A DNA stretch of 64,000 bases from Candidatus Dormiibacterota bacterium (lineage in GTDB: Bacteria > Chloroflexota > Dormibacteria > Aeolococcales > Aeolococcaceae). Below the pieces are notes generated by a model. That model was given only the letters and a program-made list of their open reading frames with translations. It was not told the origin of the DNA and made no database searches. The stretch is taken from contig OY970355.1 of assembly GCA_963718525.1 (NCBI GenBank), positions 1,280,001 to 1,344,000 on the forward strand. The letters are read 5' to 3'. A program made the position numbers and the translations under genes. Each line of letters opens with the position of its first letter. Position 1 is the stretch's first letter. This document shows, in pieces, positions 48,268 to 61,287 of the stretch.

Positions 48268-48475
48268 CCAATTCCTCCGTCCCGATGCTGGCCGCTGATG
48301 ATGCCACGTCGGCTCCTGATCAGCCGACCCTGGGGTACCCTGTCGTTCGCGGCGGGTAACCGGGGAGTTGACACGACCGTTCCCCTCAAGGAAGCCCATC
48401 GTGGCGCGCCGGCCCCGCAGCATTCCTGCGGCGGTCAGTACACCCGTTTGCAGAGTCGAGAGCAACACCTCAACC

Positions 48476-49957
48476 ATGGCAACGATCAGCAGATCATCAG
48501 TCCGTCGCAGGCGCCGGTCGCGGTACAACGTTGTACCCGGCTGGATCACACGGAAGCGCGCGATCGTGTCGGTCGTCGTGATGTTCTCGCTGCTGCTCGT
48601 CGCCGGCGGGGTCTACGGTGTGCGGCTCTCGCTCGCGCTGGCCAAGACCTTCCACACCAACCCGATCAGCGCGGTGATCGGCGCGCTGCACGGGGGGAGC
48701 GGCTCGGCAGTTGCTCAGGAGAGCCAGCACTACCAGCGAATCAACATCGTGCTCTACGGGTATGGCGGCACGCAGCACTCCGGCGCATTCCTCACCGATT
48801 CGATCATGGTCATCTCGATCCAGCCAATTCAGGGCCACCCGCCCCAGATCGCTGAGATCTCGATCCCGCGCGACTGGTTTGTGACCATCCCTCTGCGCAA
48901 TGGCCGGTCGACCCAGGACCGGATCAACTTTGCATATGCGGCCGGGATGCTCGGGGAAGGACCGCAGCCGGCGAGCGCGGTGGATGCGGGAGCGGCCGTT
49001 GCCGATCCACTGATCGCCCACCTGCTCGGCATCGGCATCAACTACTTCGTCGGCGTCGACTTCAACGCATTCAAGCAGGCCGTCGACGCCGTGGGTGGGA
49101 TCAACGTCAACGTCACGGCTGGGTTCACGGATCACCTGTACCCCGCCGGCGAATGTGACCTCGGCAACTGCGGCTACGAGACCGTGCATTTCAACGCGGG
49201 CATGCAGCATATGAATGGAGCGACAGCCCTCATCTACGCCCGGTCGCGCCACGGCAACAACGGGCAGGGATCTGACTTTGCCCGTAGCCGCCGCCAGCAG
49301 CAGATCATCGTCGCGCTCAGGTCGCAGATCGAGAGCCTCGGCGGTTTCGGCAAGCTGCCGGACGTGATCAACGCACTCGGCGACAACGTGCTCACCAACC
49401 TGACGATCGGCGACGCTGAATCGCTCTACGGACTGGTGAACGGGGTCAATCCCGCGAGCATCGAACACATCAGCATCGACGACACCAACTTCCTCTACGA
49501 CTGCGGGTATCCGTATCGATGCGGCGGTTACTACCTCTACGCCAACGACAAGAGCTTCACGTCGCTCTCGCACTTCGTCCAGGACGTCTTCCCCCCACAG
49601 GCGGCGCTCGCTGAGGGCGCGCAGGTCACGTTCGTCAACGCAAGTGGCCGGAACAACAATGCAACCACGCGCTGGGCGTCGCTGATGAACATGGTGGGTT
49701 TCGCGACCAAGGCCGGGGGCAAGGCGCCCACCCAGGTCGTGACCCAGGTGATCGACAACAGCGGCGGTAAGGGCGCGGTCGCTGCGCAATGGCTGGCCGC
49801 GTACTTCGGCGTCAGCGTGACCACCGAGCCGGCCCCGACGGCTGTGGCGACCACGCCGCCGGCCACGCCCGCGGCCGTCGCCCCCGGTGGTGTGACCGTC
49901 ATACTCGGCAGCGCCGAAGAGCAAGCGTTCCTCGGTGACCCCGGAGTTGGTCAATAG
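48476..49957 (+). CDS. LCP (LytR-CpsA-Psr) family glycopolymer transferase with LytR C-terminal domain
   Basis: Basic N-terminus plus TM anchor; LTDSIMV, SIPRD, RINFAY, VDAVGGI, ALIYARSRH, SDFARSRRQQ; C-terminal VNASG...VILG. Confidence 0.9.
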   Translation: MATISRSSVRRRRRSRYNVVPGWITRKRAIVSVVVMFSLLLVAGGVYGVRLSLALAKTFHTNPISAVIGALHGGSGSAVAQESQHYQRINIVLYGYGGTQHSGAFLTDSIMVISIQPIQGHPPQIAEISIPRDWFVTIPLRNGRSTQDRINFAYAAGMLGEGPQPASAVDAGAAVADPLIAHLLGIGINYFVGVDFNAFKQAVDAVGGINVNVTAGFTDHLYPAGECDLGNCGYETVHFNAGMQHMNGATALIYARSRHGNNGQGSDFARSRRQQQIIVALRSQIESLGGFGKLPDVINALGDNVLTNLTIGDAESLYGLVNGVNPASIEHISIDDTNFLYDCGYPYRCGGYYLYANDKSFTSLSHFVQDVFPPQAALAEGAQVTFVNASGRNNNATTRWASLMNMVGFATKAGGKAPTQVVTQVIDNSGGKGAVAAQWLAAYFGVSVTTEPAPTAVATTPPATPAAVAPGGVTVILGSAEEQAFLGDPGVGQ

Positions 49958-49979
49958 CCCCGCACACAGTAGGCGAAGA

Positions 49980-51020
49980 GTGGGACAGAGGATTGCCGTC
50001 CTCACGGGCGGCGGTGACGCACCAGGCCTCAACGCGGCAATCCGCGCCATCGGCAGAAAGGCGCTGGCTGCCGGTGACACATTGTTCGGGGTCCGCAACG
50101 GCTGGGCCGGGTTGGTGGGCGACGGCGACGTGATCCCTCTGGAGCGCTCGAGACTCTCTGGCATCCTGCAGCTCGGCGGCACGATGCTCGGCAGCTCGCG
50201 GGTGAACCCGTTGAAGCTCGACCATGGCGTCGAGGAGGTCCTGCATAACATCGAGCGTCTGCGTCTCGACGCGCTCGTGGCCATCGGTGGCGATGACACG
50301 CTCAGCGTCGCCGCGCGATTGGCCGAACAACGTTCGCGGGTGGTGGGCGTGCCCAAGACCATGGACAACGACCTGAGCGTCACCGACTACTGCATCGGCT
50401 TCGACAGCGCCGTGAGCGTGGTCACCGAAGCGCTCGACCGTCTGCACACGACGGCCACATCGCATCACCGGGTGATGGTCTGTGAGGTCATGGGTCGCGA
50501 TACCGGCTGGGTCGCGGTGATGGGTGGGCTCGCGGGGGGTGCGGACATGATCATCATCCCCGAGTTCAGCATCACCGTCGACGAGGTCGTTGCGCATCTC
50601 GAAGTGCGCAGGAGCGCCGGCAGCGACTTCAGCATCATCGTCGTTGCCGAGGGCGTCGAGATGGACGGGTTGCAATCCAAGGACCAGGCGGACGGTGCTC
50701 GGGATGCGTTCGGTCACGTGCAACTCTCACGTCGCGGCGTCGGCGAGAATCTCGCCCGGATCATCGAGGAGCGCACCGGGCACGAAACTCGCGCCACGGT
50801 GCTCGGGCACATCCAGCGTGGCGGGTCGCCGACAGCGTATGACCGCATCTGGGCGACGCGCGTCGGGGCCAAGGCGTACGACCTTGTTGTCGACGGACTC
50901 TTCGGCGAGATGCCTGTCGTGACCAGCGGGACCGTCGACGTCGCGAGCATTGCCGACGTGGTCGCCGAGCAGCGACGCGTCCCGCGCGAGCTGTACGAGC
51001 TCGCCCAGGTTTTCTACTAG
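49980..51020 (+). CDS. pfkA: 6-phosphofructokinase (PfkA family, group III; probably PPi-dependent)
   Basis: LTGGGDAPGLNA, GGTMLGSSR, GGDDT, PKTMDND, EVMGR, LGHIQRGG. Confidence 0.92.
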   Translation: MGQRIAVLTGGGDAPGLNAAIRAIGRKALAAGDTLFGVRNGWAGLVGDGDVIPLERSRLSGILQLGGTMLGSSRVNPLKLDHGVEEVLHNIERLRLDALVAIGGDDTLSVAARLAEQRSRVVGVPKTMDNDLSVTDYCIGFDSAVSVVTEALDRLHTTATSHHRVMVCEVMGRDTGWVAVMGGLAGGADMIIIPEFSITVDEVVAHLEVRRSAGSDFSIIVVAEGVEMDGLQSKDQADGARDAFGHVQLSRRGVGENLARIIEERTGHETRATVLGHIQRGGSPTAYDRIWATRVGAKAYDLVVDGLFGEMPVVTSGTVDVASIADVVAEQRRVPRELYELAQVFY

Positions 51021-51032
51021 CCCCGAAGCACG

Positions 51033-52115
51033 CTAGCGGGACATCACGGGCACGCTGTTCAGCGGTGACCAGCTCGGCGGCGAGGTTGCTGTGAAATCGA
51101 GGTTGGTGGTGACCTGCAACGGCGGCGACGGCGCCGCGGTGAGCGCCCCCTTGATCCACCAGAGCTCGAAATGACCCGTTGCGTCGGCGGTGTTGTAGTA
51201 CACGAGACCGCTCCCGTCGGGAGCCCAGACCGGCGATGCGCACAGGCAGTTGTTGACCACCGTTTGGGGAATCCCCAGCTTCCCGCCGGTGAGCGTCGCC
51301 ACCTCGAGTCTCGTGCTCTGCAAACCCGTTTCCCCGATGCAGATCATCGCGAGCTTGGTGCCGTCAGGTGACAGCGCCGGCTGGCCGCAGTCCTGGGCGG
51401 CTGTCGTGAGCACGGTCGGCCTGACGAGCGGCTTCGGCTGTATCACGATCTCCGAGTAGGCGTTGCCGCCGCTGATCGCGTACTTCGAATACATGACGGC
51501 GCCCCCGGCCATGGGTGTCGGCTCGACGTCGCCACCCGTGAAGGGATTGGAATTGCTGAGCAGGGTGGCGGCGAGCTTTCCATTCAGCGTCCCGGACCAT
51601 ATCGAGAGGTCGACGGCGAGCTGCGACGAGTCCTTTGGCTGGTCGTAGCTGAAGTAGATGGTGTTGCCGTCAGCGCCCATGTGCGGATAGAACATCCAGT
51701 GATTGAGGTACACGGTGTCGAGATGCACGTTGGCGTTGTTGCTGAGCCGGCGGATGATCGACCCCTGGCTGTTCAGCACATAGAGGTTCGAGTATTCCGC
51801 GGCGCGAACCACCGCCACGATGTCCTGGGAGTTCGGCACATATGCGGGTTGCATCCATGACCCCAACGCCGCGGGCAGGTGCAGATCAGTGAAGTACCCA
51901 TCACTGAGCCGGTAGATGTCCCCGTTCTGCGCCAGGTACAGCGTCCCCGGCAGCACGATCTTGGGTCGCGTCGCGGTGGGAATGAACACGCTCGACTCGC
52001 TCGGGATCTTGTGCTTCCGCGACGCGATCAGGCGGTTCACGCCGAAACCGAAGCCTCCCATGAGCGCGAGCAGCAGGATGACCGTGATCGACCGTCTCAT
52101 CGTGGACTCCCTCAC
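51033..52115 (-). CDS. Membrane-anchored TolB/PD40-like beta-propeller protein
   Basis: N-terminal TM helix; repeats such as PALSPDGTKLA, PVWAPDGSGLVY and PPSWSP. Confidence 0.75.
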   Translation of the reverse strand: MRESTMRRSITVILLLALMGGFGFGVNRLIASRKHKIPSESSVFIPTATRPKIVLPGTLYLAQNGDIYRLSDGYFTDLHLPAALGSWMQPAYVPNSQDIVAVVRAAEYSNLYVLNSQGSIIRRLSNNANVHLDTVYLNHWMFYPHMGADGNTIYFSYDQPKDSSQLAVDLSIWSGTLNGKLAATLLSNSNPFTGGDVEPTPMAGGAVMYSKYAISGGNAYSEIVIQPKPLVRPTVLTTAAQDCGQPALSPDGTKLAMICIGETGLQSTRLEVATLTGGKLGIPQTVVNNCLCASPVWAPDGSGLVYYNTADATGHFELWWIKGALTAAPSPPLQVTTNLDFTATSPPSWSPLNSVPVMSR

Positions 52116-53188
52116 ACCGCGGGGAAGTACTGATGCGTCTCAGGAAGGATGAAGTTCCAGTTGGGGAGCAGCACGTCCTCGTTGGCTATGTGACCTGTGT
52201 ACGTGTACGGGGAGGCAAGGATCACCTGGTGCACGTTCTGTAACTGCACGCTGCTTGCGATCGGCAGCAGAGATGCGATCTCGCTGATGCTCATGTCCGT
52301 CGAGAAATCGTTGGCCATCGCGGTCGCGATGTCCGGAAGGTCGGCGATGCCGAGCAGCTTCGCCTTGGCGCGCAGGGCGAGCAGGACCTGCTGCTGGCGC
52401 TGCGAACGGCCGAAGTCGCTGCGCAGATCGCCATGACGCGAGCGCACGTACATGAGCGCCTGCATCCCGTCCATGTGCTGCGGCCCGGGAAGGACCGCCA
52501 CCCGCTCGTACGCATACGGATTCTTGCCGGTAAGGTCGGCGGGATAGAAGTCGTCCATGACCGGGTTGGTGGCCACCACGTCGATGCCCCCCACCTGGTT
52601 GATGAGGTTGACCAGGCCGAGCAAGCCGATCCACGCGTAGTGGTCGATGTGAATGTGGAAATCCTGCTCGACGGTCGCCACCGACGCGCTGGCGCCACCA
52701 TGCAGATAGGCGGCGTCGATCTTCGCGCTGCCCCCGCTCGAGAGCGGGACCCACAGGTCGCGAGGAATCGACTCCATGACGACCTGTCTCGTGAGCGGAT
52801 TGACCCGGGCCAGGATCATCGACTGGGTGAGGACCGTGCCGCCGAATTTGGCGTCGTTGTCCGAGCCGAGCAGCAGCACGGTGAAAGGGTGCCCGGGCGG
52901 CGCCACCGCCGGGGGCGGCGTCGCCGACGCTGACGCCGAGGCTGCGGCCGAGGCCGTTGGCGAAGACTTGGCCGTCGGGAGGTTCCGATCGATGGCGTGC
53001 CCGGTGTCCTGAAACGCTGTCACGATCGCGGGCATGAAGTAGGCAACCGCGCCGATGGCGCCGGACAGCACGAAGCCGAGCGCAATAAGAAACCCGAGAA
53101 GGACCCGGCTGCGCCGCTTACGGGGGCGGCGCAGCGAGGCGCGTTGACGTCTCACCTGAGGCTTTATAACGAACTCGGCTGACGTCAC
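52112..53188 (-). CDS. LCP family protein
   Basis: LLLGSD, LTQSMIL, SIPRDLWV, KIDAAY, ALMYVRSRH, SDFGRSQRQQ. Confidence 0.9.
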   Translation of the reverse strand: MTSAEFVIKPQVRRQRASLRRPRKRRSRVLLGFLIALGFVLSGAIGAVAYFMPAIVTAFQDTGHAIDRNLPTAKSSPTASAAASASASATPPPAVAPPGHPFTVLLLGSDNDAKFGGTVLTQSMILARVNPLTRQVVMESIPRDLWVPLSSGGSAKIDAAYLHGGASASVATVEQDFHIHIDHYAWIGLLGLVNLINQVGGIDVVATNPVMDDFYPADLTGKNPYAYERVAVLPGPQHMDGMQALMYVRSRHGDLRSDFGRSQRQQQVLLALRAKAKLLGIADLPDIATAMANDFSTDMSISEIASLLPIASSVQLQNVHQVILASPYTYTGHIANEDVLLPNWNFILPETHQYFPAV

Positions 53189-53235
53189 GGTTACGGTGAA
53201 GCGGAATCAGCTCGGGCCGCCGGTAGACTCCGGCG

Positions 53236-55840
<2,605 letters not shown>

Positions 55841-55845
<5 letters not shown>

Positions 55846-55870
55846 CCTTTCCTTAACCCCTCCATAAGAG
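55841..55870 (+). promoter_or_regulatory. Pho-box-like direct repeats (11-bp period) upstream of the response regulator
   Basis: TTTGACCT (55841), CTTAACCC (55852) and CATAAGAG (55863), followed by a TAGGCT -10-like hexamer at 55880-55885. Confidence 0.55.
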
Positions 55871-55896
55871 AGAGGCGGCTAGGCTCACCCGGTATC

Positions 55897-56643
<747 letters not shown>

Positions 56644-56702
56644 CTGGCCTGGAGTCGGCCCTGCCTATACTTGCCGCTCCCGCCCGAGTACGGACCAGGG
56701 AG

Positions 56703-58277
56703 ATGGCCGCCGTGGAATCGCCGCTCGCCGTCATCGACATAGGGTCAAACTCGGCCCGAATCGCAGTGCTGAGGCTCGACGGCTCGGGCCAGCTCGACAT
56801 CATCGCCGACGCCCGAACCTCGCTCCAGCTTGCCCGCCACATCAACTCGCGCGGCCGGCTCGAGGCCGCCGCCATCACCGAGGCGATCGCGGCGGTGCGC
56901 GATTTTCGCGCTGTCGCAGCCGCCGCCGGGGCCGAGAGGACTGTCGCCGTCGCCACGGCGGCGATCCGCACCGCTGTCAACCGCGACAGCGTCCTCGCGC
57001 GGTTGGAGGCCGACACCGGCCTGGCCATCAAGGTCATCGATGGCGAGGAGGAGGCGAGATTCGCCTTTCTCGGAGCCGTCCACGGCCTGCCGATCGACAC
57101 CGGCTACCTCATCGACGTCGGCGGTGGAAGCTTCGAGCTCGCGTACTTCGAACGGCGGCGCGCTCTCCGCTGGTGGACCTTCGAGCTTGGCTCCCTGGTC
57201 ACGACCGACCAGTTTCTCGCGAGCGATCCGCCGCGCGCCTCGGAGATGTCAGCCCTGCGCGACCACGTGACCCAGACCCTGCTCGACGCCGGAGTGCCGA
57301 TCCTCCCCGAGGATGGCGGCATGGTCGGGACGGGTGGCACAGTGCGCAACCTCGCCAAGATCCACATGCGGTCGGTCGCCCATCCGATCGCCCGTGTCGA
57401 CGGCTACGTTCTGCAGCGCCGCGAGGTGCGGGATCTGACGTCGCGTCTCACGACCCGGAATCGTGCGGGCCTGCGCACGGTACCGGGTCTCTCCACCGAT
57501 CGCGCCGATTCGATTGCCGGCGGCGCACTCGTCGTGATCGCCGCCATGGAGGCGCTCGGGGCGCGGAGCCTGATGGTTTCCGGGCACGGGCTGCGTGAAG
57601 GGATCGCTCTCGCGGAGCTCAAATTGCCGCTTCCCGAGGTGTGGCAGGTGCGGCGCAGTTCGGTCGCGGCGCTCGCCTCCCGCTTCTCGACCTGGAATGC
57701 GCCCAGGGCCGCGCGCCGGGTCGAGATGGTCCGGGCCATCCTCGGCGTCGCCGATCCGACGATGCCCGCCGAGATGCGTGAGGTGCTCGACCACGCGACC
57801 ACGCTGCTCGACGTCGGTCAGAGCATCAATTACTACGATCGCTGGAGCCATGCAGCCGGAGTGACGGCTTCCGCGGACCTCCAGGGCTTCACGCATCGTG
57901 AGGTGGCCCTCATCGCCACGACGCTCGCCCGGCTTGGCAAGGCACGAAGCAACCTTCCGCGCTACGCGCGCCTCTGCACTCGCGATGACATCAAGCGGAT
58001 CGACAAGCTGGCGGTGATCCTCGAACTTGCCGACGAGCTCGACCGGCGCGTCAACGGCGGGGGGCCCCCGACCTTCCGGTTCGACGAGCGCCGCAACCGG
58101 GTGGTCGTGTCGACCGGGCTCCCGTACACCTGGGAGCCTGAGGACCTGACCAGACGCTTCCGGACCCGCCTGGGCCGAACGCTCAGCCTGCGCCCAGCAG
58201 AGACGGCGGGTGACCGAACGAAAGGCCCGGATTCTCCAAACGGTCGATCGACTGGTAGAGGTCCTCGACGAGCGTGA
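56703..58277 (+). CDS. ppx: Ppx/GppA exopolyphosphatase with C-terminal HD-like domain
   Basis: AVIDIGSNS, ATAAIRTAVN, IDGEEEAR, DVGGGSFE, GTGGTVRNL, GLREG. Confidence 0.9.
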   Translation: MAAVESPLAVIDIGSNSARIAVLRLDGSGQLDIIADARTSLQLARHINSRGRLEAAAITEAIAAVRDFRAVAAAAGAERTVAVATAAIRTAVNRDSVLARLEADTGLAIKVIDGEEEARFAFLGAVHGLPIDTGYLIDVGGGSFELAYFERRRALRWWTFELGSLVTTDQFLASDPPRASEMSALRDHVTQTLLDAGVPILPEDGGMVGTGGTVRNLAKIHMRSVAHPIARVDGYVLQRREVRDLTSRLTTRNRAGLRTVPGLSTDRADSIAGGALVVIAAMEALGARSLMVSGHGLREGIALAELKLPLPEVWQVRRSSVAALASRFSTWNAPRAARRVEMVRAILGVADPTMPAEMREVLDHATTLLDVGQSINYYDRWSHAAGVTASADLQGFTHREVALIATTLARLGKARSNLPRYARLCTRDDIKRIDKLAVILELADELDRRVNGGGPPTFRFDERRNRVVVSTGLPYTWEPEDLTRRFRTRLGRTLSLRPAETAGDRTKGPDSPNGRSTGRGPRRA

Positions 58278-58416
58278 TCAGGATGGGAGGCGCCTCGCAG
58301 GCGAACATGAGGGCCTCGATCGTCGCGACCTGGCGGCGCAGCCCGTCGACCGCGTCGATCCGGTCCCACGGGTCCGATGCGAGTCGTTGCACGCGTTCGA
58401 GTATGCGTTGAGCCAT
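58183..58416 (-). CDS. Small hypothetical helical protein (77 aa)
   Basis: MAQRILERVQRLASDPWDRIDAVDGLRRQVATIEALMF...; strong G/C third-position bias from codon ~14; fills the ppx-phoU gap. Confidence 0.5.
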   Translation of the reverse strand: MAQRILERVQRLASDPWDRIDAVDGLRRQVATIEALMFACEAPPILITLVEDLYQSIDRLENPGLSFGHPPSLLGAG

Positions 58417-58498
58417 TGCCGCAAGGCGATTGTGAAATGGATATGGTGCAGGGCAGATCTGATGGTGGCAGGCTCGACACCCATTACAGTGGGTGGAG

Positions 58499-59173
58499 AT
58501 GAGCGAACCGCTGCTGCACCCCCACCACCCGACGCTCGGCGCTGAGCTAACTCATCTGCGACGCATCGTCGCGGACATGGGGGAGCTCGTCGACGCCGCG
58601 ATCACCCAGGCGACGAGCGGCCTCGCCGAGCGCGACGTGAGCCTGTGCGCACGCGTCATCGCCGACGACGCGCTGGTCAACGACCGTCAGCGCGAGCTGC
58701 GCGAACTGTCGTTCTCGCTGATCGTCAACCAGAGCCCTGAGGCGCGCGAGCTTCGCGAAATCATCGGGCTGCTGAACATGTCCTCGGAGCTCGAGCGCAT
58801 GGGTGACCACTGCGTCAGCATCGCGAAGCTCGCGCGCAACCTCGCCGACCTGCCGCCCTTGGAGACGTACGTCGACGTCCCGAAGATGGCCGCCTACTGC
58901 AGCGATCAGGTTCGGGGGATCCTGGCCGCGATGGTGTCCCGTGACGTGCTCCAGGCGCGCCGTATCGCGGCCGGCGACGACCGGGTCGACCGCATCTATC
59001 ACCGCCTGTTCGACGACCTGATCCAGATGATGACCGAGGACAACACCACCGTTTTCAGAGCAACGAACCTCGTGTTCATCGCTCATCACCTCGAGCGCAT
59101 CGCCGATCGCGTGACCAATATCGCTGAGGATCTCGTGTTCCTCAACTCCGGGGCCATCGAGGAGCTCGGGTGA
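58499..59173 (+). CDS. phoU: Phosphate signalling complex protein PhoU
   Basis: Two repeats, ELERMGDH and HLERIADRVTNIAE; DDRVD. Confidence 0.93.
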   Translation: MSEPLLHPHHPTLGAELTHLRRIVADMGELVDAAITQATSGLAERDVSLCARVIADDALVNDRQRELRELSFSLIVNQSPEARELREIIGLLNMSSELERMGDHCVSIAKLARNLADLPPLETYVDVPKMAAYCSDQVRGILAAMVSRDVLQARRIAAGDDRVDRIYHRLFDDLIQMMTEDNTTVFRATNLVFIAHHLERIADRVTNIAEDLVFLNSGAIEELG

Positions 59174-61287
59174 TGACCGTGTCCGAGCCTGCGGAGGCGC
59201 CCAAGGACGCGCCGCCGCCCGCGCCGGATGCCGCACGGCCGCACGCGGTTGAGCTGGGCAGCCGGCACCGGTACATCAACCGGCACCTGAGCTGGCTCGA
59301 TTTCGACACCCGGGTGCTCGAGCTCGCGGAGGATGCAACCCGCCGCCTGCTCGAGCGTGCGAAGTTTCTGGCCATCTCGAGCAGCAACCTCGACGAGTTC
59401 TTTCAAGTCCGCGTCGGCGGGTTGATCGAGCAGCGTCGCGCGGGTGTCGCTGCGCTGAGCCCCGACGGAATGACCGTCGATGAGCAGCTCTTCGAGATCC
59501 AGCGTCGCTGCGTCGACCTCACCGCCCGGCAGGTGCGCGCGTTCCGGGCCATCGTGGAAGGTCTCGATCAGGACGGGCTGCATTTCTCGAACTACAACGC
59601 GCTCGATCCGGGCGAGCGTGAGTACGTCGATTCCGTGTTCGAGGAGCGGATCTTTCCGGTGCTCACACCGCTCGCGGTGGACCCGGCGCATCCGTTCCCG
59701 TACATCAGCGACCTCTCCCTCAACCTCGCCGTGGTCGTGGGCGCTCCGCGTGGCAGCGAGCAGCGGATCGCCCGCGTCAAGGTCCCCCCGCTGCTGCCCA
59801 GATTCGTGGTCATGCCCGACGGTGAGCGCTTCGTGCCCGTCGAACAGGTCATCGCCGCACACCTGGATCGGCTCTTCCCCGGCATGCGCGTCATCGGCCA
59901 GTACCCGTTCCGGGTGACACGCAACGCCGACCCGGCGCTCGAGGAGGAGGAGGCAGAGGACCTGCGTACCGCCGTGCAGGAATACCTGCGCCGCCGCCGC
60001 CGCTCGCCGCAGGTTGTCCGGCTCGAGATCGACATCACGATGACGGCTGAGGTCAAGGGTCTGCTCATGCGGGAGCTCGAGCTCTCAGCCGAAGACGTCT
60101 ACACCGTGGACGGTCCGCTCGACCTCAGCGGCCTCTGGGGGCTCTACGACCTGAACCGGCCCGATCTCAAGGAGCGGCTCCCCGCCCCGGTGATCCCTCC
60201 CTCCCTCGCCAAGCCTCCCACCGATGACGGCGAGGTGGACATCTTCCGGGTGATCGACGAGGCGGACGTGCTCGTCCAACACCCCTATAAGTCATTCGCG
60301 AGCAGTGTCGAAGCATTCATCGACCAGGCCGTGAGCGACCCCGACGTGCTCGCCATCAAGCAGACGCTGTATCGGACCTCCGGCCCTGACAGCCCGATCG
60401 TCCGCTCGCTCATCCGCGCCGCCGAGTCGGGCAAGCAGGTGGTCGCGCTCGTCGAGTTGACCGCTCGATTCGACGAGGAAGCGAACATCACGTGGGCCGC
60501 CGAGCTCGAGAAGGCCGGTGTGCACGTGGTCTACGGCGTCGTCGGGCTCAAAACCCATGCCAAGGCAACACTGGTGGTCCGGCGCACCGGGACCGGGATC
60601 CGCCGCTACTGGCACATGGGCACCGGGAACTACAACTCTCAAACAGCGCGGCTCTACGAGGACATCGGTCTGCTCTCCTCGGACGCCGATATCGGAGAGG
60701 ACCTGACCGACCTGTTCAACTACCTCACGGGCTACAGCAGGCAGCGGCAGTACCGACGCCTGCTGGTGGCCCCGGTCACGCTGCGCAGCGGGATCGTCGA
60801 ACTGATCCGAACCCAGACACACAGCACCGGCCGAATCATCATCAAGTGCAACCACCTCATCGATCCGGAGGTCATCGAAGCGCTCTATGCGGCGTCGACG
60901 GCAGGCGCGCGCATCGACCTCATCGTACGGAGCTCGTGTGGCGTGCGTCCCGGGATCAAGGGGATGTCGGAGAACATCTGGGTGCGCTCGCTGGTCGGTC
61001 GCTACCTGGAACACTCGCGCATCTACCACTTCGGTGACGACCGCTGGTTCATCGGATCCGCCGACCTGATGGGTCGTAACCTGGATGGTCGGATCGAGAC
61101 TGTGGTGCCGGTGATCGATCCCGGCCTCCAGGCGCGGCTCTCCGAGATCGTCGATGTGCTCCTCGCCGACGACGTGCTTGCCTCGGAGCTTCAGGCCGAT
61201 GGAAGCTGGCGAAAGGTCCCGACCGTGCGCGGGCTCGACGCCCAGGAAGAGCTGCACCGGCTCGCGGTCGAGCGCGCCTCGCGGTGA
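59170..61287 (+). CDS. ppk1: Polyphosphate kinase 1
   Basis: NRHLSWLDF, SSNLDEFFQVRV, HPFPYIS, IKQTLYRTS, ARFDEEANI, LKTHAK phospho-His, GTGNYN, RYLEHSR, SADLMGRNL. Confidence 0.96.
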   Translation: MMTVSEPAEAPKDAPPPAPDAARPHAVELGSRHRYINRHLSWLDFDTRVLELAEDATRRLLERAKFLAISSSNLDEFFQVRVGGLIEQRRAGVAALSPDGMTVDEQLFEIQRRCVDLTARQVRAFRAIVEGLDQDGLHFSNYNALDPGEREYVDSVFEERIFPVLTPLAVDPAHPFPYISDLSLNLAVVVGAPRGSEQRIARVKVPPLLPRFVVMPDGERFVPVEQVIAAHLDRLFPGMRVIGQYPFRVTRNADPALEEEEAEDLRTAVQEYLRRRRRSPQVVRLEIDITMTAEVKGLLMRELELSAEDVYTVDGPLDLSGLWGLYDLNRPDLKERLPAPVIPPSLAKPPTDDGEVDIFRVIDEADVLVQHPYKSFASSVEAFIDQAVSDPDVLAIKQTLYRTSGPDSPIVRSLIRAAESGKQVVALVELTARFDEEANITWAAELEKAGVHVVYGVVGLKTHAKATLVVRRTGTGIRRYWHMGTGNYNSQTARLYEDIGLLSSDADIGEDLTDLFNYLTGYSRQRQYRRLLVAPVTLRSGIVELIRTQTHSTGRIIIKCNHLIDPEVIEALYAASTAGARIDLIVRSSCGVRPGIKGMSENIWVRSLVGRYLEHSRIYHFGDDRWFIGSADLMGRNLDGRIETVVPVIDPGLQARLSEIVDVLLADDVLASELQADGSWRKVPTVRGLDAQEELHRLAVERASR

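Noticed and set aside
58278-58484. 68-aa minus-strand ORF (MGVEPATIRS...)
   Set aside because: Poor codon bias and composition. The overlapping 58183..58416 frame is the better candidate.
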